From positions 143,456 to 207,455 of the forward strand of contig SCUM01000001.1 of assembly GCA_004297215.1 (NCBI GenBank): DNA of 64,000 nucleotides, given 5' to 3'. The notes under the pieces are model-generated. The model saw nothing but the letters and a program-made list of their open reading frames with translations. It did not search any database and was not told the origin of the DNA. Shown here piece after piece: positions 1-8,745 of the stretch. Within the stretch, counting starts at the first letter, position 1; every line of letters starts with the position of its first letter. Both the position numbers and the translations under genes were made by a program. The DNA comes from Patescibacteria group bacterium. Its GTDB lineage: Bacteria; Patescibacteriota; Patescibacteriia; UBA9934; GWF2-40-263.

Positions 1-786
1 CAGCGCCTGCCCCGGCGTGACGGACGCCAGGAAGGATTCCTCTTCGCCAAGCAGGGCATACCCGTCGCCCGAGCGCGCAAGGTCGTGGTAGATGCCAGCG
101 TCGCGGATCGAGAGCGGGATGGGCGGGATCATGTTGAGGAAATACAGCCCGTCCATGGCCGCGACGATGAACAGCGCGGCGCCGGTGAGCTGCAGGTCGA
201 AACGGCGGACGGCGGGCGAGAACCGGGCGATGAGCGAGATGAGCGAAAGCACCGCCACCGTGCTCGCCGCGCCCGCGAGGAGGAACGCCCAGGACTCGAG
301 CGTGTTGAACACGAACGGGAACAGGAGCGAGAAGTATGAGAGCAGCACGAACGCGAACACCACGATTTGCATGCGCGGGCGCAAGAACACGTGGCGTAGC
401 GCCTCGTTCGACGTCATGAGGGCCACGAAGAACGCCATCAACGGCCAGCTGGCCGAAAGCGATCCGCTGTACCAGTAAAACAGGAACGACGAGCTCAAGA
501 GCGCGCCGAACGCGAAGGAAATGGCGAGCGGGCAAGCAAGCCGCGCCGCGCTCCACACGCGCCCCTTGGGCGGTGCCGGCCGCGCGTCGTAGGCGTTCGC
601 GTACGCGATGGCCGCGGCTGCCGCGAGCGCATACGCGCCCAGCACCGAGAGCGTGGTCGTCACCTGCAGCGTGCGAAACGTCACCACGTCCACGAAGAAC
701 CCCGCCACCAGCAGGCCTGGGACCAGAGCGCGTTCGTAACGCTCGAACCAGGAGCGCAGCGTCAAAACAGGAGAAAAGAGGATCAT
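1..786 (-). CDS. Multi-pass membrane protein, probably DUF2914 family (truncated by window start)
   Basis: Not in the ORF track because it runs off the edge. Manual translation from ATG 786 gives MILFSPVLTLRSWFERYERALVPGLLVAGFFVDVVTFRTL followed by hydrophobic segments. Family name is from recall. Confidence 0.55.
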   Translation of the reverse strand, partial: MILFSPVLTLRSWFERYERALVPGLLVAGFFVDVVTFRTLQVTTTLSVLGAYALAAAAAIAYANAYDARPAPPKGRVWSAARLACPLAISFAFGALLSSSFLFYWYSGSLSASWPLMAFFVALMTSNEALRHVFLRPRMQIVVFAFVLLSYFSLLFPFVFNTLESWAFLLAGAASTVAVLSLISLIARFSPAVRRFDLQLTGAALFIVAAMDGLYFLNMIPPIPLSIRDAGIYHDLARSGDGYALLGEEESFLASVTPGQAL

Positions 787-793
787 GCGCGGA

Positions 794-1279
794 TCATTCG
801 AGGATCTCGGTGTCCTTGAGGCGCGCGCGGATGGCCTCGAGGTCCGGTCGTGACACGTCGTTGCCGCGCAGGTCGAGCAGGCGCAAGTTCGGCAGGTTCC
901 CGAGTTCCATCGGAAGGCCCGTAAGTTCGTTGTCCGACAGGACAAGCGTTTCAAGCAAAGAAAGCTGGCCGATCTCGGCCGGCACGCCCGTCATCGCGTT
1001 GCCGCCCGCGTCGAGGACGCGAAGGTTCCGCAGGTGCCGGATCTCTCCCGGCAGCGCGCCGGTGAGTCGGTTGTCGGACAGGTCCAGTTCAACCAGTCTG
1101 ATGCGGTCGAACACGGACGCGGGGACGCGTTCGAGGCCCTGTCCGCTCAAGTCGAGACGCGTGGCCGATGCCGGTGCGTAGATGCCTTGCGTGTTCGCGG
1201 GGCCCGGGACGGGAACGGAGCACCCGGCGCCAAGCAGCACGATCGCCAAGGCCGGAACGAATGCGTGTGTCTTTTTCAT
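794..1279 (-). CDS. Leucine-rich repeat lipoprotein
   Basis: Signal peptide with lipobox-like LLGAGC, then repeated LxxLDLSDNxL units. Confidence 0.85.
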   Translation of the reverse strand: MKKTHAFVPALAIVLLGAGCSVPVPGPANTQGIYAPASATRLDLSGQGLERVPASVFDRIRLVELDLSDNRLTGALPGEIRHLRNLRVLDAGGNAMTGVPAEIGQLSLLETLVLSDNELTGLPMELGNLPNLRLLDLRGNDVSRPDLEAIRARLKDTEILE

Positions 1280-1317
1280 ACCCTCAAAGGGTAGCACACC
1301 CGCCCCATCACCGAATC

Positions 1318-1346
1318 TTGCGGCAACCCTGACGTTTTGATACACT
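1318..1346 (+). promoter_or_regulatory. Sigma70-type promoter for the tRNA-Asn locus
   Basis: TTGCGG-17 bp-TACACT, 13 bp before the first tRNA 5'-end copy. Confidence 0.55.
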
Positions 1347-1357
1347 CGCGCCACCTT

Positions 1358-1410
1358 ATTCCGGGGTAGTCTCCGACCCGACGGGTCGTAGACCCGGAGG
1401 GCTCAGCGGC
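1358..1410 (+). repeat. Direct repeat copy 1: tRNA-Asn 5' end interrupted by a 32-nt palindromic insert
   Basis: ATTCCGGGGTAG-[TCTCCGACCCGACGGGTCGTAGACCCGGAGGG]-CTCAGCGGC; 52/53 identical to 1664-1716; flanks match 1745-1765. Confidence 0.95.
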
Positions 1411-1420
1411 TGCGCGATGT

Positions 1421-1675
1421 ATGTACTTTGTCTACTTGCTGCAAAGTGAGAAAGACCATCAATATTACATCGGTCAGACGCAGGATCTCTCCATTCGCCT
1501 GGAACAACACAACGCCGGTACCGTACGCTCTACACGACATCGGACCCCTTTTCGCCTGGTCGGTCATGAGACTCATCCGACACGAGCAGAGGCCCGTTGG
1601 CGTGAGTACACTCTGAAACGGAGTGCACACCAACGGAAAAAGTTCATCGAGAAATTAACGCACATTCCGGGGTAG
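1421..1675 (+). CDS. Stand-alone GIY-YIG nuclease family protein
   Basis: YFVYLL...YYIGQT..L..RL..HN...T...R.EA..RE..LK signature; stop codon supplied by repeat copy 2. Confidence 0.9.
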   Translation: MYFVYLLQSEKDHQYYIGQTQDLSIRLEQHNAGTVRSTRHRTPFRLVGHETHPTRAEARWREYTLKRSAHQRKKFIEKLTHIPG

Positions 1676-1716
1676 TCTCCGACCCGACGGATCGTAGACC
1701 CGGAGGGCTCAGCGGC
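1664..1716 (+). repeat. Direct repeat copy 2: tRNA-Asn 5' end with the same palindromic insert
   Basis: One mismatch to copy 1 (A1691 vs G1385). Confidence 0.95.
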
Positions 1717-1746
1717 ATCGCTGTGTCTCGCACGTGCAAATTACAT

Positions 1747-1821
1747 TCCGGGGTAGCTCAGCGGCAGAGCAGTGGACTGTTAATCCATTGGTCGTGGGTT
1801 CGAATCCCACCCCCGGAGCCA
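1747..1821 (+). tRNA. tRNA-Asn (GTT)
   Basis: Cloverleaf: acceptor TCCGGGG/CCCCGGA, anticodon arm GTGGA-CTGTTAA-TCCAT, T-loop GTTCGAATC, encoded CCA. Confidence 0.97.
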
Positions 1822-1825
1822 TGAG

Positions 1826-1855
1826 CGACTGTGTCTGGCGACCCAGACACGGTCG
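1826..1855 (+). terminator. Hairpin immediately after the tRNA
   Basis: CGACTGTGTCTGG-CGAC-CCAGACACGGTCG stem; no U-tract. Confidence 0.45.
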
Positions 1856-1960
1856 GTCAATAGAGCATCAAGAAATTGGTGTGCTGCTGACCGATAGAGG
1901 CGACTTCACCGTAAGTAGGGAGAAGGTCATTTAAAAGGAGGTGCCGGAACTTTCTTGAAT

Positions 1961-2545
1961 ATGGCCAGAAAATGTTTCATCTCGTTTAAGACAGAGGACA
2001 TCGCTTACAAGGAAGCGATACAAAATGACCCCAACATAGACATGATTGATAAGTCTCTGAATGAGGCTATAGATTCAGACGACGAGGATTACATTATGCG
2101 CGCGATCCGTGACCAGTACCTGTCGGACTCCACGGTGACGATTCACTTGATTGGGAACAAAAGTTCCGAGGTCCTCGGTTACGAGGAACAGAAATTCATC
2201 AAGCGAGAACTCCAGGCTTCTCTGTATAACGGAGAGAATAACGCAAGAAGTGGTATTCTCGGCGTCGTGCTTCCGTCCATGTACGAAAGTATCTTTAAGG
2301 GGCCTTTCGAATGTACCACCTGTCGTGAGAGTCATAATTGGGTGATCGTCGGGGACGGGACGACGGTTTCGGAGTTCCATCGCAACTACTACATACAACA
2401 CGACAAGTGCCATCACGCGGAGGATGATCGCTATTGCGTGCTTGTGAAGTGGGACGACTTTCGTCTCAATCCCAACACGTATATCGAACAGGCGTTTCTG
2501 AAGCGAGATCACGCCATCGCGGAAAAGGTGAAGGTGCGCCCCTAA
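1961..2545 (+). CDS. TIR domain protein (ThsB/DUF1863-like)
   Basis: N-terminal KCFISF, IRDQYLSDSTVTIHLIG, and FIKREL containing the candidate catalytic Glu. Confidence 0.85.
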   Translation: MARKCFISFKTEDIAYKEAIQNDPNIDMIDKSLNEAIDSDDEDYIMRAIRDQYLSDSTVTIHLIGNKSSEVLGYEEQKFIKRELQASLYNGENNARSGILGVVLPSMYESIFKGPFECTTCRESHNWVIVGDGTTVSEFHRNYYIQHDKCHHAEDDRYCVLVKWDDFRLNPNTYIEQAFLKRDHAIAEKVKVRP

Positions 2546-2550
2546 TCAAT

Positions 2551-3039
2551 ATGTTCAGACTAAAGAAACGAGAAGCTATGGCAGTTCCCGGCAATACCGA
2601 ACAAGAACCTGATTCCGGGTACGCACGGCTAGAACAGCAAATCAGGTGGTATGACACGAAGTCGCAAAGCGCTCAGCATTATTACAAATGGGCGAAGATC
2701 CTGGAATTCAGTTTTGCGGGACTCATTCCTTTTTTAGCGAGCACATCTTCGTGCATCACTGCTGCATTAGGAATTCTGATTATCGTCCTCGAGGGTTTGC
2801 AACACGTAAACCAATGGTCGCACAATTGGATCACATATCGCTCCACATGCGAGGCACTCCGACATGAGAAGTACCTGTACATTGGCCGTTCAGTTGTTTA
2901 TGCGGGAATGAGCGATGAGGAGGCGAAAAAAGTGCTCGTTGAACGAGTTGAATCTTTGATTTCAACCGAGCACGCAAAATGGATTTCCCAGCAAGATCTG
3001 ACAACAAAAGCCCCCCACAGTGCGAAGAAAGAAGAATAA
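2551..3039 (+). CDS. SLATT (DUF4231-like) two-TM effector
   Basis: RLEQQIRWYD..S...Q..Y, two hydrophobic helices, then WITYRSTCEALRHEKYLY; alternative start at 2578. Confidence 0.85.
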   Translation: MFRLKKREAMAVPGNTEQEPDSGYARLEQQIRWYDTKSQSAQHYYKWAKILEFSFAGLIPFLASTSSCITAALGILIIVLEGLQHVNQWSHNWITYRSTCEALRHEKYLYIGRSVVYAGMSDEEAKKVLVERVESLISTEHAKWISQQDLTTKAPHSAKKEE

Positions 3040-3064
3040 AGCGTCTGCCCTTGAGTCCTGCTAC

Positions 3065-3250
3065 CTAGACCGCCGGTTCCACCGTTCCATCAGAGATCCT
3101 CATGGTTGATTTGATGTGAGACAGAAGATCTCGTTTCTCCTCCCGGGTCCCTTCCTTCAGAATATATTTTGCGCACGCGTACACATTGATGTCCGGCATG
3201 ATCTCGGCAATCTTTGCGGTCGTGGCGTGGTCGCCAAGGCTGGAGATCAT
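3065..3250 (-). pseudogene. Probable C-terminal remnant of a large serine recombinase
   Basis: DINVYACAKYILKEGTREEKRDLLSHIKS resembles, from recall, the C-terminal tail of CPR recombinase-family proteins; no catalytic domain is present. Confidence 0.4.
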
Positions 3251-3332
3251 TTTTTTCTACCCTTTTTACCCACAATCAGGCCTCTCTTTTTTACCTTAAC
3301 TACTGTAAACTTAGGGGGTTCGAAAAACCGCT

Positions 3333-4994
3333 ATGTCTAGACACCAGAAGTACAAAAAATGGGACAAGGAGAAGCTGATCTCGGAGATCTGCCGACTTGA
3401 GGACTGCAAGAAATACGGTTTGGTTTGGGAGGATAAGCCTGAGGATGTGGCGGAGCAATGCAGGGAGCAGTTACCGGTTTTAGAGGAGGTGCCAGAAAGA
3501 GCGCATCTCAAAGATGGATTGCTTGGGACCAATATTTTGATAGAAGGAGATAATTACCACGCACTTTCCGTTTTAAATTACACGCATAAGGGCGCGATTG
3601 ATGTCGTTTATATTGATCCGCCCTATAACACAGGAGCTAGGGACTGGAAATATAACAATGACTACGTCGATATTAACGACGTTTTCAGGCACAGCAAGTG
3701 GCTCTCGATGATGCAGAGACGGCTCCTTCTCTCGAAAGATTTATTAAAGGATGATGGCGTACTAATCGTGACGATCGATAAGCATGAGCAGCCGAGAATC
3801 GTAATTTTACTTGAGGAGCTTTTTCCGGATAAGGAAATAGTCACAGTCGTCATTGAGCACAACCCCAAGGGCTCACCGACACGGCACTTTACGTATACAA
3901 ATGAGTTTGCAATTTTCGTAGTACCAAAGGCGACGAATGTGATAGGAAAAGATCCGACCGAAAAAGTGGACACGCGCAATCTTCGCAGAGCTGGTCGTGC
4001 GTCGACTCGAAAAGAAAGGCCGACGATGTTTTATCCAATTTACGTAAGGAGTGGAAAGGTTATAAGGGTTGGTGATACGCCGGACGCCTCATTTCATCCT
4101 AAAAAAAGAAATGTTGTACAAAAAAATGGTGAAATCGCTATTTGGCCCATCGATGACGATGGTCGAGAGAGGCGGTGGCACTTTGGACTGGATTCGATCA
4201 ATGATTATCTAGACCGCATTGAGGTTCGGCAGTCCAAGGGAGAAATACAATTATTCGTGACGGCTTCGCCCGGGCGATACAAGACTGTATGGCGAGGCGG
4301 CGAATTCGACGCTGGTAAATATGGAACCTCCCTGGTCAGGGACCTGATCGGCGTCGAATTTCCTTACCCAAAATCTGTATTTGCGACGGCTAAGTGTCTC
4401 GAGACCGTTGTACACGGGCGGCCCGATGCTTTAATTTTGGACTATTTTGCCGGCTCTGGAACCACGGGGCACGCGACGCTTTACCTCAACAAAAAGTTTG
4501 GTGGTAACCGGCGATTCATACTCTGCACTAACAACGAAAACGACATAGCAGAGGATATTACCTTTCCGCGACTGATTAAAGTAATTGACGGCCACAAGGA
4601 CCATAAGGATACAACAGGCATACCGGTCAATCTGCGCTACTTCAAAACGACCTTCGTAAAAAAATCAGACGTTTCAGATGATACCCGCCGTGAGCTTGTG
4701 AAACGTTCGATGGAGATGATCTGCGTGAAGGAGGGCACCTTCCAAAAAATTGCAGACAATAAGCAGTTCAAGATTTATCGCGACGTGAATCATGTCACCG
4801 GCATCCTCTACAATCTGGATGCAATATCCGAATTCAAGAAGAAGATTTCGGACCTTGGTCTCTCGGCAAGCATCTACGTATTTTCGTTAACGACGGATAC
4901 GTACGATGCCGATTTCGTAGATTTGGAAGTCAAATACACGCTTTGTCCGATCCCGGAAAGCATCCTCGAGGTCTATCGCAAACTGTTCGCGTGA
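3333..4994 (+). CDS. mod: Type III R-M DNA methyltransferase (Mod)
   Basis: KKYGLVWE, LIEGDN, IDPPY and DYFAGSGTTG motifs in beta-class order. Confidence 0.93.
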   Translation: MSRHQKYKKWDKEKLISEICRLEDCKKYGLVWEDKPEDVAEQCREQLPVLEEVPERAHLKDGLLGTNILIEGDNYHALSVLNYTHKGAIDVVYIDPPYNTGARDWKYNNDYVDINDVFRHSKWLSMMQRRLLLSKDLLKDDGVLIVTIDKHEQPRIVILLEELFPDKEIVTVVIEHNPKGSPTRHFTYTNEFAIFVVPKATNVIGKDPTEKVDTRNLRRAGRASTRKERPTMFYPIYVRSGKVIRVGDTPDASFHPKKRNVVQKNGEIAIWPIDDDGRERRWHFGLDSINDYLDRIEVRQSKGEIQLFVTASPGRYKTVWRGGEFDAGKYGTSLVRDLIGVEFPYPKSVFATAKCLETVVHGRPDALILDYFAGSGTTGHATLYLNKKFGGNRRFILCTNNENDIAEDITFPRLIKVIDGHKDHKDTTGIPVNLRYFKTTFVKKSDVSDDTRRELVKRSMEMICVKEGTFQKIADNKQFKIYRDVNHVTGILYNLDAISEFKKKISDLGLSASIYVFSLTTDTYDADFVDLEVKYTLCPIPESILEVYRKLFA

Positions 4995-4995
4995 T

Positions 4996-7278
4996 ATGAA
5001 ACTCAAGGATTATCAGAAAATCGCGGTAGACAAGCTGCTCTCCATAAGCAAGAAGTTGTTGCAGAAAGAGGGTATGCGCATATGCGTCCTGAAGGCGCCG
5101 ACTGGCTCGGGAAAGACCATCATGGTCGCCGACTTCCTTGATCAGCTCGCCCATGCTCACATCGCCGGCGCATATTCTTTTATATGGATCAGCGGTAACA
5201 AACTTCATGAACAGAGCCGGGCAAAGCTTGAAGGATATCTTTCCGAGAGTCGCTATTCGTTCTCGTATCTCGATGAGGCCAGCGCTGGAAGCTTTTCGGA
5301 AAACGAGATTGTCTTTGTGAACTGGCATAGCCTCACGAGGCAGGACAATGAGACCGGCGAGTATACGAACGTCTTCATGAAGGAGAATGAGCAGGACCGT
5401 GACCTGCCGACCTTCATTCGTAACACCAAGGCGGAGGGGCGCGAGGTCATCCTCATCGTGGACGAGAGCCATTATCATTATTGGAGCAAAAAGTCGCAGG
5501 AGCTGGTCCAGTCCGTCATCGGTCCAAAGCTCATCCTTGAAGTCTCAGCGACGCCGACCAACCAGCCGACCCCGGACGAGCTTTCGAGCGGAGACGCTGG
5601 GTACGTCGCAGTGAAGTACGATGACGTGGTCGCGGAAGGAATGATCAAGAATGAGATTGTCATCAACAAGGATGTCGGTAAGTTCAGCGACATCCAGCGA
5701 TCCGCGGACGAGGTCGTCATTGACGCCGCGATAGAGAAGCAGAAGGAGCTCAAGAAACGGTTCGTCAAGATTGATGTCGACATCAATCCGCTCGTGCTCA
5801 TCCAGTTGCCGAGCGAGAGCCAGACGACGTCCGTGCTCGACAAGACCAAGCTTGAATTCGTCGAGGCGTACCTGAAGAAAAAGCACGGCGTCACTGTCGA
5901 GAACGGCAGGCTTGCCGTGTGGCTTTCGAATCGCAAGGACAACGTCGTGAATGTCGAGATGCCGAACGCCAAGGTCGATGTCATGATCTTCAAGCAGGCA
6001 ATCGCGCTCGGTTGGGATTGCCCGAGGGCGCAGATCCTTGTGATGTTTCGTGAGATTCAGAGCCAGGTGTTCGAGATCCAGACGGTCGGGCGCGTGCTCC
6101 GCATGCCCGAAGCGAAGCACTATGAGGATGAGGAGCTCAATCGAGCGTTCGTCTACACGAACCTGCCAGCAATCACCATCGCTGCTGACGACGCGAGTCA
6201 GCGTTTCTTTCAGGTGCATCCAGCGCATCGCATCGAAGGGTACGAGGCGGTAAAGCTTCCGTCGGTCTATATCGGGAGGACCGACTTCGGCGACCTTACG
6301 CTCTCTTTCCGAAAGCTCTTCATCGAGGAGGCGAACAAGCGTTGTGGCATCGGGAAAGACGACATCATGGACAAGGCCTTCAAGAAGGCCGACAAATTGA
6401 TGGAGCTGTATCCTGAGGAACTGACCCATCCCGTGATCTCGGACGCGGTCGTCGGCAATCTCGACGAGGCAAGGGAGATTGCCGGTGAGAAGGCAGAGTT
6501 CGCCATCCCCGAGGACGAGCTGAAGTATCGCTTCGAACAGTTTGCCAAGATCGCGTCGCTGCCGTATGCGCCGGTGCGCTCGCATACCAAGGTGCAGCAG
6601 GCTATCTACGACTGGTTCGACGGTTACCTCGGATACGAGAAAAGGAGCCGAATCGAAATTCAGCGAGCCGTCGTTTGTTCCGAGGCGAATCAGAAGCTAT
6701 TCGCAGAGATTATCGAGGCCGCAAAGGCTCGCTTCGCCGATATCCGCCGATCTGAACTCGACGGTAAGAAAAGTGAGCAGGCTTACGAATGGGACGTGCA
6801 GGCGATTGAATACTTCAACGAGCGTCACGAACGAATCGCTGTATCGAATTACGCCATGGATAAGTGTTATGTGCTCACAGATCGCTCCAAGCCGGAGAAG
6901 GATTTTGAGCTCACAGTCGCAGCAGCCAAGGGGGTTTTGTGGTGGTACAAGAACGGTGTGAGCAAGCGGGATTATTTTGCGGTGCCCTATGATGACCCGA
7001 AGACGGGTGCTCGTAGGGCCTTCTACCTGGATTATGTTGTCGTCATGAAGGATGGCTCGGTTAGTATCTTCGACACCAAGTCTGGGGTCACGGCGGACAG
7101 CGCCGAAACCGGCGCGAAGTCCGATGCGCTTCAGGCCTACATCAAGAGAAATACGACGAAGAGTAAGAGGATTTGTGGCGGAATCGTCGTTAGTCGTCAA
7201 GATGGGACTTTTGTTTTCGTAGGATCGAAATATACTTCGGATCCGAGAGATAAGGGTTGGGTGCGGTTAGAACTGTAG
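4996..7278 (+). CDS. res: Type III R-M restriction subunit (Res)
   Basis: APTGSGKT, IVDESH, GWDCPRA, QTVGRVLR; C-terminal FYLDY...FDTK nuclease motif; 1 bp after mod. Confidence 0.9.
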   Translation: MKLKDYQKIAVDKLLSISKKLLQKEGMRICVLKAPTGSGKTIMVADFLDQLAHAHIAGAYSFIWISGNKLHEQSRAKLEGYLSESRYSFSYLDEASAGSFSENEIVFVNWHSLTRQDNETGEYTNVFMKENEQDRDLPTFIRNTKAEGREVILIVDESHYHYWSKKSQELVQSVIGPKLILEVSATPTNQPTPDELSSGDAGYVAVKYDDVVAEGMIKNEIVINKDVGKFSDIQRSADEVVIDAAIEKQKELKKRFVKIDVDINPLVLIQLPSESQTTSVLDKTKLEFVEAYLKKKHGVTVENGRLAVWLSNRKDNVVNVEMPNAKVDVMIFKQAIALGWDCPRAQILVMFREIQSQVFEIQTVGRVLRMPEAKHYEDEELNRAFVYTNLPAITIAADDASQRFFQVHPAHRIEGYEAVKLPSVYIGRTDFGDLTLSFRKLFIEEANKRCGIGKDDIMDKAFKKADKLMELYPEELTHPVISDAVVGNLDEAREIAGEKAEFAIPEDELKYRFEQFAKIASLPYAPVRSHTKVQQAIYDWFDGYLGYEKRSRIEIQRAVVCSEANQKLFAEIIEAAKARFADIRRSELDGKKSEQAYEWDVQAIEYFNERHERIAVSNYAMDKCYVLTDRSKPEKDFELTVAAAKGVLWWYKNGVSKRDYFAVPYDDPKTGARRAFYLDYVVVMKDGSVSIFDTKSGVTADSAETGAKSDALQAYIKRNTTKSKRICGGIVVSRQDGTFVFVGSKYTSDPRDKGWVRLEL

Positions 7279-7393
7279 CTCAGAACGCTGTCTTTACAGC
7301 CTATAATCTCTGTAACCCACGTGCGTCGTTCGGCCCGACGGAATACCCCTGAAAGGTTGCCCAAAATTGAGGTCTGTACCCGTACGTCGAGCC

Positions 7394-7429
7394 ATGAAAA
7401 AAGAACAGACTCATCTGTTCTTTTTTCAT
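7394..7429. terminator. Perfect 15-bp inverted repeat, likely the original tRNA trailer/terminator
   Basis: ATGAAAAAAGAACAG / CTGTTCTTTTTTCAT, overlapping the right-hand 9-bp repeat. Confidence 0.75.
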
Positions 7430-7433
7430 ATCT

Positions 7434-7510
7434 GGGTGGGATTCGGACGGGGAGGGTTTGGGAACCCTGCCGGCAGGCAGGCGTGAGGTTCCCGCCTCTG
7501 CCGGGGGAGG
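7434..7510. repeat. Inverted copy of the tRNA-Asn T-arm followed by REP-like palindromes
   Basis: 7434-7448 is the reverse complement of tRNA 1798-1812 (14/15); then GGGAACC-CTGCCGGCAGGCAGG...-GGTTCCC. Confidence 0.75.
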
Positions 7511-7676
7511 CCCGCGGAGGGGTGGAAACCACTCTGCTCTGCGAACGCTTGTGAGCGCGTGCAAAATTCCACCCCGGAGCCAACGACTTCTCAGCCTTCG
7601 CTAGGATTTGTTCTTTGCGTGGAGCTGTCTGTAATGGGATTTGAGCTGGTATACTGTTTTTAATCAACCTTCCGCT

Positions 7677-8615
7677 ATGAACATCGTGAAATTGTTCAAT
7701 CGCCTCGTCGAGTCCTATCTGTTCGTCGTCGTGATAGCCTTAGTGGCCGGGTTGGCATTTTCGGAGCGCATTTCCATCCTCACGGCGTACACGACGGTAT
7801 TCCTGCAAATCATTTTTTTCCTTTCAAGCCTGAAGCTGGATCCGAAGGCGATAGTGAAAGAGGCGAAGGACGTCAAACTCATCCTGCTGGTGAACGCCTT
7901 CAAGCTCCTCATCCTTCCCGCCGTCGTCTATCTTGTCGCGGCGCGCCTGTATCCATCGATGGCCGTTCCCCTGTTGCTGCTTTCCGCGGTGCCCAGCGGG
8001 ATGACGACGCCCCTGCTCGTGGAGGTGGTCGGGGGGAAACAGGGGTTGGCGCTCGTCCTCACCGTCACCAGTTCTTTGATCGCGCCGCTCACGATCCCGT
8101 TGGTCATCGGGCATTTCGCCGGCACGGCCGTGACGGTAAACGCCTTCGAGATGTTCCAGAAGCTCGTGCAGGTCATCGTCATTCCATTCCTGATCGCGCA
8201 GGCGGTGCGCGCGTTCCTCGACCGCCGGCTTTCGGCGACCTATTTCACGTTCAAGCCGATTTCCATCGTCATCCTCGGACTGCTGATTGCCGGCGCGGTG
8301 GCAAAGCAGGCCTCCGTCATCCTGTCGCATGTCGACATGACCATGTTGATCCTGTTGTGCGTCCTTTTCCTTTTCGTCGCCCTGATGCTTTCCATCGGGT
8401 ACGCCATGGCATACTGGCGCGATTGCTCGGATCGGCTGACGGTCGCCGTCAGCACGGCGTTCATGAATTTCTCGCTCGCCATCTTCCTCGCGGACGCGTT
8501 CTTTCCGGACCCGAACGTCTTGCTCGCGTCCGTCCTCGTCATCTTTCCCTGGGCGATGATGCTGTTGCCCTTCAAGCACGTCGTTCACAGGTTCATCTGC
8601 AAGACGCCGGCGTGA
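7677..8615 (+). CDS. Bile acid:sodium symporter (BASS) family transporter
   Basis: About 9-10 TM segments; PSGMTT, SSLIAPLTIP and FMNFSLA motifs. Confidence 0.85.
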   Translation: MNIVKLFNRLVESYLFVVVIALVAGLAFSERISILTAYTTVFLQIIFFLSSLKLDPKAIVKEAKDVKLILLVNAFKLLILPAVVYLVAARLYPSMAVPLLLLSAVPSGMTTPLLVEVVGGKQGLALVLTVTSSLIAPLTIPLVIGHFAGTAVTVNAFEMFQKLVQVIVIPFLIAQAVRAFLDRRLSATYFTFKPISIVILGLLIAGAVAKQASVILSHVDMTMLILLCVLFLFVALMLSIGYAMAYWRDCSDRLTVAVSTAFMNFSLAIFLADAFFPDPNVLLASVLVIFPWAMMLLPFKHVVHRFICKTPA

Positions 8616-8745
8616 GGACGTTTTCAGGATAGGGAGTAAAGGCGACCTTCGTGCGCACAGATAGCGATTCTAACGTCGTCCACGACGCGGGCAAAATTAA
8701 CATGACCGTCTACGGGCGACCGTGTCGAGTGAGGCAGGAGTCCGA

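Larger units (their letters stand above)
1816..7397. mobile_element. tRNA-Asn-integrated defence island (about 5.6 kb)
   Basis: 9-bp direct repeat GAGCCATGA at 1816-1824 (tRNA 3' end) and 7389-7397; visibly AT-richer than the backbone; defence cargo; probable recombinase remnant. Confidence 0.7.

Noticed and set aside
1358-1765. CRISPR array interpretation of the direct repeats
   Set aside because: Only two full copies, spacing is very unequal (253 vs 28 bp), one spacer is a gene, the repeats are tRNA-derived and no cas genes are present.
1360-1821. Intron-containing or split tRNA-Asn
   Set aside because: The upstream copies stop at tRNA nt 19 and a complete uninterrupted tRNA follows, so no splicing is needed; I see no group I/II core or bulge-helix-bulge motif.
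4100-4126. Phase-variable poly-A tracts in mod
   Set aside because: The runs are only 7 nt, the frame is intact, and such runs are expected in AT-richer Lys codons.
7021-7080. Res nuclease inactivated (FYLD rather than FYPD)
   Set aside because: The acidic and Lys catalytic positions (D...DTK) remain; the Pro is not catalytic.
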